This document shows positions 1 through 12,800 of a DNA stretch of 64,000 bases, in pieces. The position numbers and the translations under genes were made by a program. The stretch's first letter is position 1. Every line of letters starts with the position of its first letter. A model generated the notes under the pieces. That model was not told the origin of the DNA and ran no database searches. It worked only from the letters and a program-made list of their open reading frames with translations. Origin of the DNA: Octopus vulgaris. Its lineage: Eukaryota. The stretch is taken from positions 94,612,001 through 94,676,000 of the forward strand of contig OX597819.1 in the NCBI GenBank assembly GCA_951406725.2. The letters are read 5' to 3'.

Positions 1-112
<112 letters not shown>

Positions 113-704
113 TGATCATATGATAAAGAATTTCACATTCAGATTCATTGAATGACAGCATGGTTGACCGATAACTTGCTAATGGTAAATGGTTGATGCA
201 AACAATGAGCACACCCATTCTATGCACACACACACGCACGCACACACACAAATATGAGCTTGAGAGACTGAATGACAAATTTTAAGATCTAAAAACCTAC
301 CAGAAATATTGATTGGTACATTCAAGAGGGATAGTTTACACTAAGTATGTATGTATCATCATCATGCTGGCATGGGTTGGACAGTTTGACTGGCCAATCC
401 ATGTATGCATATTTTGCCAAAGAATGACTCAAATCAGTATCAAACAAAAAAATAGCTAATTAAGTTATATTCATTGATGTCAAGGTTGTATTAGCCAATC
501 AATAAACAGAGTCCAATAAAAAACAAGAAGTACTAGAGAGGATTTAATTGACAAAAAGACTGAAAGTAGTGTTTCAGCAGTTGCTGTCTTAAGATCGAAA
601 CCGCAAAAGTCATGAAAATTTACATCAGCATCAACAAAAGAATAAAAATTGTAACATTTTAATTTTAGAGCAATGTAGTTGAAAGAAAAAGGTAGAATTC
701 ATAC

Positions 705-832
705 CTTGTATTGAAGTGTGGAATCTTTTCATATGAAAGTAGTTTGCTGACCATCGATGTTGTTGGATTCAAAGCAACAAAGCTTCCTAGTTGCAAGCCC
801 TCTTTAAATAATACTGGAAATATTACATGACC
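705..832 (-). CDS. PALB2: PALB2 WD40 exon, penultimate by analogy with human
   Basis: poly-T tract aag|GGT...AG|gtatg; 128 nt, phase 0/2; GHVIFPVLF...FVALNPTTSMVSKLLSY. Confidence 0.85.
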
Positions 833-3800
833 CTTAAAAAAAAAAAAAAAAAAAAAAAAATTGTAAAAAATTTTGGTCGATATTCTATATGCACTTCATC
901 ATTTAACGTCCGCTTTCCATGCTAGCATGGGTTGGACGGTTCAACTGGGGTCTGGGAAGCCCGAAGGCTGCACCAGGCCAGTCAGATCTGGCGGTGTTTC
1001 TACAGCTGGATGCCCTTCCTAACGCCAACCACTCCATGAGTGTAGTGGGTGCTTTTTATGTGCCATCGACACAGGTGCCAGACAAGGCTGGTGAATGGCC
1101 ACGCTCAGATGGTGCTTTTTTATGTGCCACCGGCACGGATAACTGTATATTTTGAAATAGATGGCTTATAGCTACATTGCAAATTCTTCCTGATGTAAGC
1201 TACAATTGCCATGGTGGACTAGTGCTTAAGGTGTTGAACGACTGAGCTTTGTCATCAATCCCCTTCCAAACACTAAACAGGCATTCAAGAAATTACATCA
1301 ACATTATCCCACTATCAAACTGATCTCTCACTACATCTAATATAATGGGCTGTTCTTCATGATATCAACCTGCACTTAAACCTAATGCACTTGACACATC
1401 TGTTCCCCAGCTTCCTCTTACCGCCAGGGTAAATCAACCTCCCTCTTTTACTTCAACAATCATAAAGAAGCTAGCCTCTACATGTTTGCACAACCTATTA
1501 GAAATAATAGCAAAATTTCCCCTAGCATCTTAAGATTTGTTAGATCATGTGGTCCTGAGTAGACTATTTCTTAAATAGAAAGAAGGGGATGGTCAACAAT
1601 TGAATTCATTTGAACAGAAGTTTGGTTACTCAGAAATAAATTGGGGCTAAATAGCAACAACTAATCACTGGACCAATCCTTTTTCTCAAGTAATTCATAC
1701 TTTTGTTTTCTTCTCAGAAATTAAAGATTTAAAATATTAGTTGACAGACCCCAACTAAATAACACTATCTCCAGGTCATCTCTTCTATTCAAACTATGTG
1801 AATTTTTATTAAACATTCTTCAAGTCAAAAGGTCAAAATGCATTGACAAAGATCACTCAAAAGTCACTTTATATGTCAAGTATACAATATATATATTTCT
1901 ATTCCAACCCATATACAAACTGCTAATTTTGATGCTGTGTAGCCCTACATCAGCTCTGATGGAGCAAGCCTATGGCAGTCAGTCAGTCAGTAAACAAGGT
2001 GCAACACGCATACCTTCCAGATATAATTTCACCATGCTTTTGTGTAACTGAAAAACAATGCTGTTCACTCCAACATATAGTTGGTTTTTGAAAGGTATGC
2101 TCTCTCTCCCTTTTCCCACACTGCTCTATTTCTGTACAACTGTACAAATTTGATGTGACCAAATCACAATAGCTGCTGTCCCACTACATTTATCAGACAT
2201 ACAGACCTTTATATAACTATAGAGATAACAGGTAAGCCAGTACTTCACTATCAAACTGACAAAATTTTAAAATATAAAGTGTTTAATGCAAAATAGATTT
2301 TTTTTTTTTACTTACTTCCAAATTCATAGCTGTTGGTATATTACAACAATTTTCGTTGATATCAGTCAAAGGTACTTTTATCAATAACAAGTTTGTGGTA
2401 TGGTTCCTAGAAATAGAAAAAATCCCAACAATAATTATAGGTTATTGTATTATAAATTAGAAGTCATACACTATTTTAAATCAGGTATCATTAATACTAT
2501 ACATGGATTCTAGCACATGCAAAAATTTAAGGACAAGACAGCAAAATGACTTAGGATTCATTTGAGTTATAACAATATTAACATTCTACAAACATTAGTA
2601 TTAGGATTATACAAAATACATATGTCATTAAGAAATTATTTATTTAGTCACCTGAATTTTCTGATTAAAATAAACATGACTGTACATAGCAATGTCTTAT
2701 GTTACACTTTGATGAAAGTTGTAATCATGCTTACAATCAATCTAAGATAATGGCTTTTGTTCCTACAATCTTAATATTAGTAAATGATCATTCTCCAAGA
2801 ACACACACCCATTGAATTCCAATGCCAAAATAATGTGTCCAACTATGATAGTGCATACTAAACTGAAGTAAAATTATAACATTTTACCTAGACTTTATAT
2901 TTTAAAGGAAGTTCTCTCCATAACCCTTAAAACCAAATAGTTGTATATTTCATTCTATCTTTATCATTAATAAAGGATAATATTCTAAATCATTAGAATT
3001 TTGTAAAATAAATTTACACCCTATGACTATAGCAAGAAATGTTCTCCATGACAAAACACTGACAATGGCTTGTTTACAAGTCCAAATATGCTTTTAGCAT
3101 ACTCAAACTGGTAAAAACATTGCATATTGTTTTTGATGTAAAATTCCCAAGTGAGGAGAGCTTGATGACAAGATGCATTGTCTTGAAGAATCTAAACATT
3201 AGGATTGCCTGCATGAACCTATACAACAGACCAACATCAGCAATGTCATTGATTGTCTTCTGACAATCCTCATGTACAAGTTGTATTTTCTCCACATTAC
3301 CAGGGGTGACACTTGTGGTGGGTCTTCCACATTGTTCATTGTCTTCCAGAGATGTTCCTCCGCTTTTGAAGTGCCCATTCCACTTGAAACATTGTGTACA
3401 ACCCATTGCCTAGTCACCTTAAGCTTGCCAAAGCAGGCTCAATATCTCTGTAGCAGACTTCCCAAGTTTAACTCAAAATTTCACATTGGCTCTTTGTTTC
3501 AACTTCCTGTCCATGACAAAAATCGCAGACTACAGCAGACGTGATCACAAAAACACATATTTCAAAACTTGTGAAGTAAACTCAGTAATGTCACTCAGGT
3601 ACTGTCTCATGAAGGTCACTGCTAGCTCTCATGATGCATGCAACCGTGTGCTATTATATGTTGGCACTCTACAGAACTAGTTCAGGAACTTTTTGATACC
3701 ACCTCGTATCTGTTGCTCCCCTTCTATAAAAGGGTAGACAATATTGAGATAACATGTTAATGGTCACAGTATCTCCACTGAGGATCATAATACTGAATAT

Positions 3801-6800
3801 AAATGAATACAAAGGAGATAAGATTTTTTTAATCCTTCAATCAGCAATATTTAGTACCAGTGTCACAATAAATTGCACTCAGCCCCAACTACAAAATATC
3901 ATGCTTTTTATGGTATCAAACTGTAAAAAAGTATGGCAAAAATGAAACTTAAGTGATCATTAATGCTGCCATCTGAATTGCAGGTAAACACAGTAACTTT
4001 GAGCAGTAATTGGTAGAGTAGAGAAGAACTTTTTAGTCTAGCTACAGACAACCTTAAATGCTGATGGCACAAAATTCACCTAACCCATGTTGTAAGACAC
4101 AGAACAAAATTGGACAGGTGAACTTTGTCTTGTTCTCATCAGCATTTCCTTGAACAGAGAAGAAAGCAGACAAATACTACCCACTGCAAGCCTAAGTAAT
4201 ATCTTTGGTTACATATCCTCTCTCATGGTATGCAGTTCATCAAATGAGTGTAACCGGTTTATTTGACAGCCTCCTAATCTAAGAACAGACATAGGTTGCT
4301 TCTTATTTCTGGTTGAGATTTTTAGAAAATGGGAGAAGCAATTCCTAGCACTCTTATTTTCAGTGAGGCGGTTTAAGAATTCAAAGTTTAAAGGCCAAAT
4401 TTCAGGAGCAAAATGTAAAACACTACAAATGCAAAAATTGAAGACCTCCTTTAAAACTCACAGGTAGAGTTTACAGAATTTCTCTCAAGTAAATTGAACA
4501 CATGGTGAGGTGCTAACAGAATCCCTGAAATCTCCAGAGATAAGAGGCAATCATCTTTAGGGTCATCACAGCTCATGATTTTTTTCCTAAAATAAGTTTT
4601 ACATACAATCTAAGAGTTTGGTTTCAGCTTACTCTGCATACCAAGGCACCAATTTTGCATCTAATAATTTATAGTGATAAAAGAAATAGGAACTATTGCC
4701 AACATACCTGCAACAAACACAACATGGTCATTTACTGGCAACCTTCTTTAGTTTGGTATCAAACATATTTACCCAGCTAAGTATCAGATAATGTTACCAT
4801 ATTAAGCTAATATAATTACCAGGACACTAGCATTGCCTTTCTTTTTAAAAAAAAGTCAAGCGTTAAATTTACCATATCAATAAAACATTGGTAACTGTTA
4901 GTCCAATAAGACCAGCAGGCAATCTTTGAATCGTAGCTAATGAGAGAAGTTTTTCAGAAGTAGATTCTAAACTTTGTTCTTCTTTGACAGCAGTAAAATC
5001 TTCCAAAAGATATATTTTAGAGATTTTTGTATTCTCATTTGATGATGAAGCTACAGCAAGCTCAAAGCTGTTCAAAGAGCAGTAGATTATTCTGTAAAAA
5101 GTAAAAAAATCATTTATTAGCCACAAGAACTAGGATGAGAAAAAACATTTATAAGGATAAATTACATAAGCAACAGAGAGTTATACATAACTGGTTATGA
5201 AAAATAATGGTACATAAAAGGAATAAAATGAGACATTACAATAGGAAAACAGCAACTGAAGCCAATCAGAGAATACCACAGATCCAAGGTTAACCCTGAC
5301 TATAAAGGGCAATTGTTTCTTCCAGCTGCATACAGCCTGCAAGGTGCATGCTAAGAGTAAGGCTGTTTACCTCATCCATTATTGCCCCTCACACCCACTC
5401 CTCTGCAAATTTACTAGAGGGACAAACTTCCATATCTCCCTTTACTTTCATCTCCAAGTAGAATTTAAAGTTTATGAAGACTTGGCCAAAGAAGAAACTG
5501 CCCTCAATCCTGTCAGTTCTGTCCACCATACAAACTCTTTTGTTATAGCTTTAAGCCAAAGGAAAACTGCTTGTCCTTTCTCAATAAAGGAAGGCAGCAG
5601 GTGATCTTCACAAAAGACCCAACAAATTGAAAGCTCTGTCTTTCATATGACTCCAGTTGTTACACAACTCCACAAATCAACAATACTTGGACATTGAACA
5701 ACTGTATGTACAAAAGGTTTTGTTGCTCTGCACAAATCTCAGCTGCAGTTCTACCATGTCTGTAGGAATGCTTTTTACCCTAACATTTTCCAGAAGAGAA
5801 ATTTCTGGAAATTGTCCCTAGGCTGAAAGTCTACCAAAATAAATTGTTCAGTTGACCTTCAATGCCCAAAGTCTCCCTATTAAATGGTTACCCTTGCCCA
5901 TCATTAACCCTCTACAAAATTCAACTGTTACCAAAATATACATATTGCCTGATGTCATTAAAAAGAAAAATTTGATAACAAACCAATAGACTCCCTTTTG
6001 GTTTATGTGGTCATTGTGCAACTAACCCAGAATAAGCTTTTTAATTTTCTGTTTTATATATTCAATAAATTATTGATTTCTAACATTGGGACAAGGATAC
6101 CAGTTTTCAGGGAGGGTATTGTGGATTAAAAAAAAAAACAACACCAGTATTTGACTGGTAGTTTCTTTGACGATGATGATGACCTAAGAAAGATGAATAG
6201 CAAATAACTGAGCTCACTAATAACTGAAACAAATTAATAGGTTATGATATTTAATAAATTATTGCATCATCTACTTTATAGTTTTTTTTTCTTACCTATC
6301 AGATCAAAAACTACCAGAATATGAAAAAATTGATAAATTAAAAAGAAAGTATTAGTAACATACTGATTGGTTGGAAGGGAGACAACAGATGTAACTACTA
6401 CAGAAATGCTTCTTTTACTGAGGCCTTGGAATGTAGAAAGTATTAGACTGTGATGCATTTGAGCCTTCAACCCTAGAACAGCAACACACACAGCACTGTC
6501 ATAAGGATGAAGACTTGCAGTGGAACATTCCTTGAGCTGAAAACAGAAGAGGTTTTTCAGTAATAACTAAATAAAATGAAAAAGCAAATGGAATGGGAGA
6601 AATGGTGAAGTACTGGGTTAAATACTATACAATATTTAGTTATGCTCTTTTCTAGGTTCTAATTTCAAATCCATCATGACTGTTATTCATCCCTCCAGGT
6701 CCCCAAAAAAGTACCAGTAAAGTGAATTGATTCACCAACAACACCCTAAAAAATTGGTAGCCTTGTGCAAAACTGAGGACTACCTGTCATTCTTCCAAGG

Positions 6801-9800
6801 TTAAATGAAAATATAGATTTTTGGCCATGCCCCACAATCATTTCTAAAATTCTGATGCCTCCTTGTGATATCTAATTTTTGCTATTCAAAATTTTACTAC
6901 TATTCACTTGGAAGCTTAAAAGGCTATTAGCTTGGTCAATTTCCTTTTATTACTACAACTAGTGATATTTCACATGGCAAATAATTATCAACCACCAACA
7001 GACTGCCTATGATAATGAGACATATTTCGAAATATTTCCCTTATATTTAAATAACCTTACATTACAGATACTTTAAAAGTGAATGAAATATTACAGCAAG
7101 TCAATGATAGTGTTTCAGAAAATAAATATGTCATTTTAAAGGCAAACTTGTGTAAACTGAAAGACTTCTCTTCCAGCTTCTTAAACTTAAACTTAAAAAT
7201 AACACTTACATAATCAGAAACTTTCCATTGATAAATTATATGCCAGTCTTCATTTTTAGTATATGTCCAGAATAGAATTTCAGATTTGGTGACACCCACT
7301 AAATAATTTTCACATACAGTAATGTCTCTATGAATGGAAACACTACAACTTGTGTAAAAAAGACTAACAACTTCATTGTTATCAGGAATCTGTAAAAGTG
7401 AAACAATATGAACATCAACATACACATCTTAAAAGAAACGTTTTTTATTAAATGAAAATATCCAGTGTTTTTTTTGTTTTTTTTTAATGGAGTTTATAAT
7501 TGTAATCATGCTTCAAACACTACTTTAGACTGATAATGAAAAGTGACTACTAAACTAATTAATGGTTTTGTACAGAACTAAACTGTAGTTAAAGTAAATA
7601 TTTGTTCTAAGAAAGCTTTACATTGTATTTGATAGAATAAAATACGATTTGAAACATTTCAAGGAACCAATACACTAATTGAAATATTTTCTCAACAAAT
7701 GAACTAAGTCAACATTTTATTAAAAAGAAATTATATTCCACAATTATGGAATATATTTCCATATTGAGTCAATGAGGAAGCTCTACGTTGTCACACAACT
7801 TGTTAGCAACCAAATTTTACACTATCTCAATAGAGCAATGGGGACAGTCATGGCAGGAATCCTTTTGATGATAGATCTGCTTGGTCAGGGCTAAACAAGA
7901 AACTTTTAAGCTTGATATTAAGTTTTTGAAAGAGAACTACAAACATTTTGAAGTTTCAGTTGGTATATAATCATATGTGTGTAGTTTTAGGGGAAAATAA
8001 TAGATGCAATAAAAATATAATTACCTTTTCAGTTCTAGTTAATTTTAAATCACAGATTGTTTGAAAATCACATACAGAAAAAGGATCTTTTTGAAACTGT
8101 TTTACAACCAGTTTATCCAGAATCTCAGTTTGCTTTTCTTTCGCATCAGAGTTTTTAGTATGATCTGAAGGTAAACTATCCATTATTTTAATAGTCTGAT
8201 TCTCGCTACTTTGATTTAAGTGACAACATTGCAAAGACTGGGATGAAATTTTCTGATCCGAGTTGAAGAGAGAAGCTGAAGAGTTAATTATCTGGAAAGG
8301 GTCTGTATCATTATTTACCTCTTTCTGATTCAATAAAGCTGTCTCATTCTTTATGCAGTCATTACCAGTCTGTAAACCACTACTTACTTCCTGACACTTA
8401 AGTGGCATATTGACCTCACCACAACACAACGCTTCACTTGAAATTAGTTCCTCATCAGATTTTGAAATATGGTTGGAGTCAAAAGGATTTTCACTAGAAT
8501 TTTTTAAACTGTTATCGGTTTCAAGTTGATTAGGCTTGAATTTATTTTGTTTTTCAATATATGATGATTCTTGTAATAAAGGAACTGCCAATCTTTCATT
8601 AACTTGTTTTGAGGAACATACTAAATCAGAATTTTCCCTTACATTTGTAGAAATGGTTATTTGTGGTTTCATTGTTTCACTAGGAGTTATTTTCTGTGTA
8701 GATTCACCAGAAGCAAAGGAATTAGATAAACATGTTTTCCATTTATGTTGAGTGTCATTACTAGTTTTTAATAAGATTTTAGAGGTATTTAAAGATACAG
8801 ATGAACACTCAGAATTCCCAGATGTTTGACAATCACTTTCAACACTTTGAAATGACTTTGTGGGTAAAGGAAGACTAGTTTTGAAATCAGAAGCAATTTC
8901 AGCTTTAATGGGATCAGTTTTTTGCTCAAAAGAATTGAAAGGAATGTTCAGTAAATTTTTAGTTTTACATGAAAGTTTTAAACTGTCCTCAGAAACACAA
9001 ATTTCATCTATCTTTTTAACCTGGGAACTATTAATTTTATCTTTTTTATCACAGAATTCTTTATTTCCCATTTCACAGGTGGCAGGGTGTGTTTTTAATT
9101 GTGTTGATATTTTTTTCCTGCATGGTACTTCTTGAGAATTCTTGGCTTGAATTGCAAGCTGCAAAAGAAATTTAAAAAAAAGAATTTTAGTCATCATCAA
9201 AATACAAAAAGAATTCCATTACTAAGTCAAAGCTTTTGCAATAATTGCTGGACCTTCTTACTTTGTTTTTTATTATTATAAGCTTAACATACTGAGTCCA
9301 AATTCCAACCAGGTTGACTTTCCCTTTCATCCTTTCAGGGTTGATAAAGTACCAGTTGATCACAGGGGACCAATGTAATCAACCATGAGGAGGTACCTAA
9401 AAGTAACTGGAAATGTTCTATGAGACAGGCCCGTTCAGGCTCCCACAGCTAGAAGCCATTTGATGCGACCCTCAGGCATCAATCTGCCAACAAGTGGCGT
9501 CATGTGTAGTCATACTGCCACATGGTGCATCTATTTGGCAGTGATTCTCACCTGTTCATCAATTTTGGCGATGGCTGAAAGGAAGGGACAGCTTGCTTCC
9601 ATGAAATTTTGTTTCCTGCTGGGGAAAATGGCAGCTAAAACAAGCTTACAAGTGGTTTTCACACTTTAGGAATGGTCACGAAGACCAACTTCCCAAACAA
9701 ATGAAAACATCATGAAAATTCATGAACTGATCTTGGAAGACTGTCGCTGAACAACTGACAAACTTGTTGATATGACTGGTGTGTCTTGGAGCTCTGGCCA

Positions 9801-12800
9801 ATGAATTTTGAGCAAGGAATTTCAAATGAAAAGAATTGCAGCAAAATGTGTGCCTTGCTTGCTCACGACTAAATGCAGGTCAAGAACTGAACAGTTGGAA
9901 GTTGATCCAAACCATTTTTTGAAAGTTATCACTGGTAACGAAAGCTGATGCTACGACTATGATCCAGAAACAAAGCAGCAATCAAGCCAATGGAAACATT
10001 CAATGTCACCATACCCCACCAAAAGTGCGTCAAGTGAAGTCCAGTGTCAAGACAATGCTGATTTGTTTTATCAATACAAAAGGAATTGTTCACACAAAAT
10101 TTGTTTGTTCTGGTCAAACTATTAACCAGACATTTTACTTGGCAGTTCTGAAGTGTCTGCAAGATGCGGTGATATGAAAACGCCCCCAATCAGTGGCAAA
10201 GTGGAGAGTGGCGATTTCATCACAACAATGCACCTGTGCACACTGTCTTGAATGTGAGACTGTATTTGACCAAAACTGGCATGACACCGATCCTGCTTAC
10301 CCACCCTTCCTATTCACCTGATCTTGCTCCCTGCAACTTTCTTTTGTTCCCCTGAATGAAAGTCCTTAAAGGAAAATGCATTGCAGATGTGGAAGAGGCA
10401 TTAAAAGTCATCATTTAGCAAAAGATCCAGGACTGCTCCGAACAGTGGAAAATGCTTCTGGGCCAAGGTATTTCTTCAAAAGGAGAATACATTTAAGGTG
10501 ATAAAAGTGTAAACATACAAAACTAAGTGAATAAAATAATATTGCAACATTCCGGTTTCTTTCAGGTACTCCCTCTAACAACATCTCAGGACTAGTGCCT
10601 ACAGTAGAAAGTATTATTGATATTATTAACAGTGGTAGACAGGCAGAGTGTCAAACAAAATCCTTTGTGATATATGTTACACACATGCACCTTTAGATCC
10701 AAGAAAGGTAGTGTATCAATCCAATAACTAGGGGTGCTGAGGCTATTCTGTGGCCATGGGTGGGGAGCTCAAAAGTTTGAGAATCTCTGAGCTGTCACAG
10801 TAATGAAAACTTGGGAATCCAAAATTTCAGGATTGTGGATCCAGATTTGGCCTGAAATGTTTTCAATTTACTCACAGAGTCGGCCCAATTCCAAAAATGG
10901 TATATGTTGGGCTATGGCCTCTAGGAGTAAAGCTGGAAAAGCATGACACACTGACATTCACATTTACTATATCATATTAAGGTGGCAAGCTGGCAGAATT
11001 GTCAGCATGCCAGGTGAAATGCTTAGTGATATTTCGTCTGCCATTAGGGTTTGAGTTCCACCGAGGTTGATTTTGCCTTTCATCCTTTCATAGTCGATCA
11101 AGTTAGTACTAGTTACATACTGGGGGTCGATGTAACCGACTTAATAAAACAAAAATGATAGTGTTCAGTATATTGGCAACAGGAATTTCTGTCAGAGAAA
11201 TGGTTAAACAAAGTTGTACATCATCTCTCTCTCTCTCACATACCCACTCTTTCTTTCATTATTCCTCCCACTGCCACCATCAATATACTACTTTTAATAA
11301 AAAAAAAAAAAACTCTCCCTCTTTTTCTTTATCTGCTTTCACTGCCCTCACCATCTATGCTTACTATTACCCTCCCTCATCCATCATGAGGAATAGAAGT
11401 GCCATTAAATAGGGGGGGGGATCTAAGTGTAACACACAAAAATTAGTTCTTGCATTTATTATATTAGATTTCAACAATATAATTATAGGGATGACTAAAC
11501 TGTATCCAGGGTCTTGAATGCAGAACCACTTCTTAGCCATGATTGTTTCCAGGTCTTCTCTGACCTTTAGTAGCACTGCCAGGATCCCAACTCTACAATA
11601 ATTAGCATGTTACAAAAAAATCTCTAAACACAAATCCTCCCTGCGTTACAAGTGCCTTGGGAAAGAAAAATGGGAGTTAACCTCAACAGCAAATCTAGGA
11701 GTGGAGAGTCCTTCAGATAGTCCTGTGCCCTCTGACACTCTTCCAGCAATTCCAGGTTATGTGAAGCTTTCCAGCCCTGTATGGCAACTCACCAAGGAGA
11801 AGAGCTCTCCAATGGAAAATCTACAGCTCGCTGATCACTGCAGCAGTCTTAGCTTGCTGAACCACTGTGGTTAGATCTCCAAGTTTAAAGAGTGGGAACA
11901 AATTGCATAGACTGACTCGCTTTAGAACTACTAAGTGTAGGTAGAAAGAAAAGGAATACAACATCAATGATTGGGTTACATAGGCACTTAAAAGTGTGCT
12001 GCTCTTCCTTATGATCTTTTGAAAGAAAGAAACTATCATCATCATATAATCATTAACATAAATCTATTAAAAATCAATTCTTAAAAAAAAAAAAAAAAAT
12101 CAGTCAAAATATAAATAAAAAGAAACAGGTTTCTGCTTGCTTACTTCAAGTCTCTTTTTCTTCCGGGCATACTCCTTTTTCATAAGTAATAGCTGTTTAT
12201 AAAGCTGCAACAAGAAAAGGCATTGCAGGATTTGAAAAAGATTCATAGATAACGGAAGAAAACAATGTTAACAAACACTTCCTTTTTCCTAATTGGTAGT
12301 GAGAGCGAGGAAGACAGAATCCAGAGTCCACTGAGAATTAGAGTACTTAAGAGAAGTCCGAACTGAATAACCATATTAACCTGGCTGTCTATTAGCCTTC
12401 TAGCAGTACTCAAAATGGTTTGGAGGCACTGCCCTTCCTCTTCCAAGTAACTTTAAAATTTAAATATGAGAAGCAATTATCACATCTTGGATATTAGTGA
12501 CAATATGTGCTAGAAAAAAGTGCTACAAGTTGATAGCATGCAGCGCAGATTGAACAAAAAATTCAAGTACAATGTAAATCTCTGATGAGTTAAGATTATA
12601 ATTGGTCTATTAAGCTCTACTTTATGAATAAATTTATAGAATATTTACAAAATTTCCAACTGTCATCAGGTGTCCTCTTCATAGATATTGTACACAATAT
12701 CAGACAGGAACCAATTACATATTCAGAAACAAGATAATTGACAATGAACACGGTAAGTTAACATATATTAACCTTTTCAATACCAACCTACCCATGACCA

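Noticed and set aside
7971-9200. 409-aa ORF as a standalone single-exon gene
   Set aside because: Its ends are intronic. Strong splice sites at 9158 and 8025 make it the central PALB2 exon.
12580-12600. CTGATGAG hammerhead core
   Set aside because: No stem II or GAAA partner follows.
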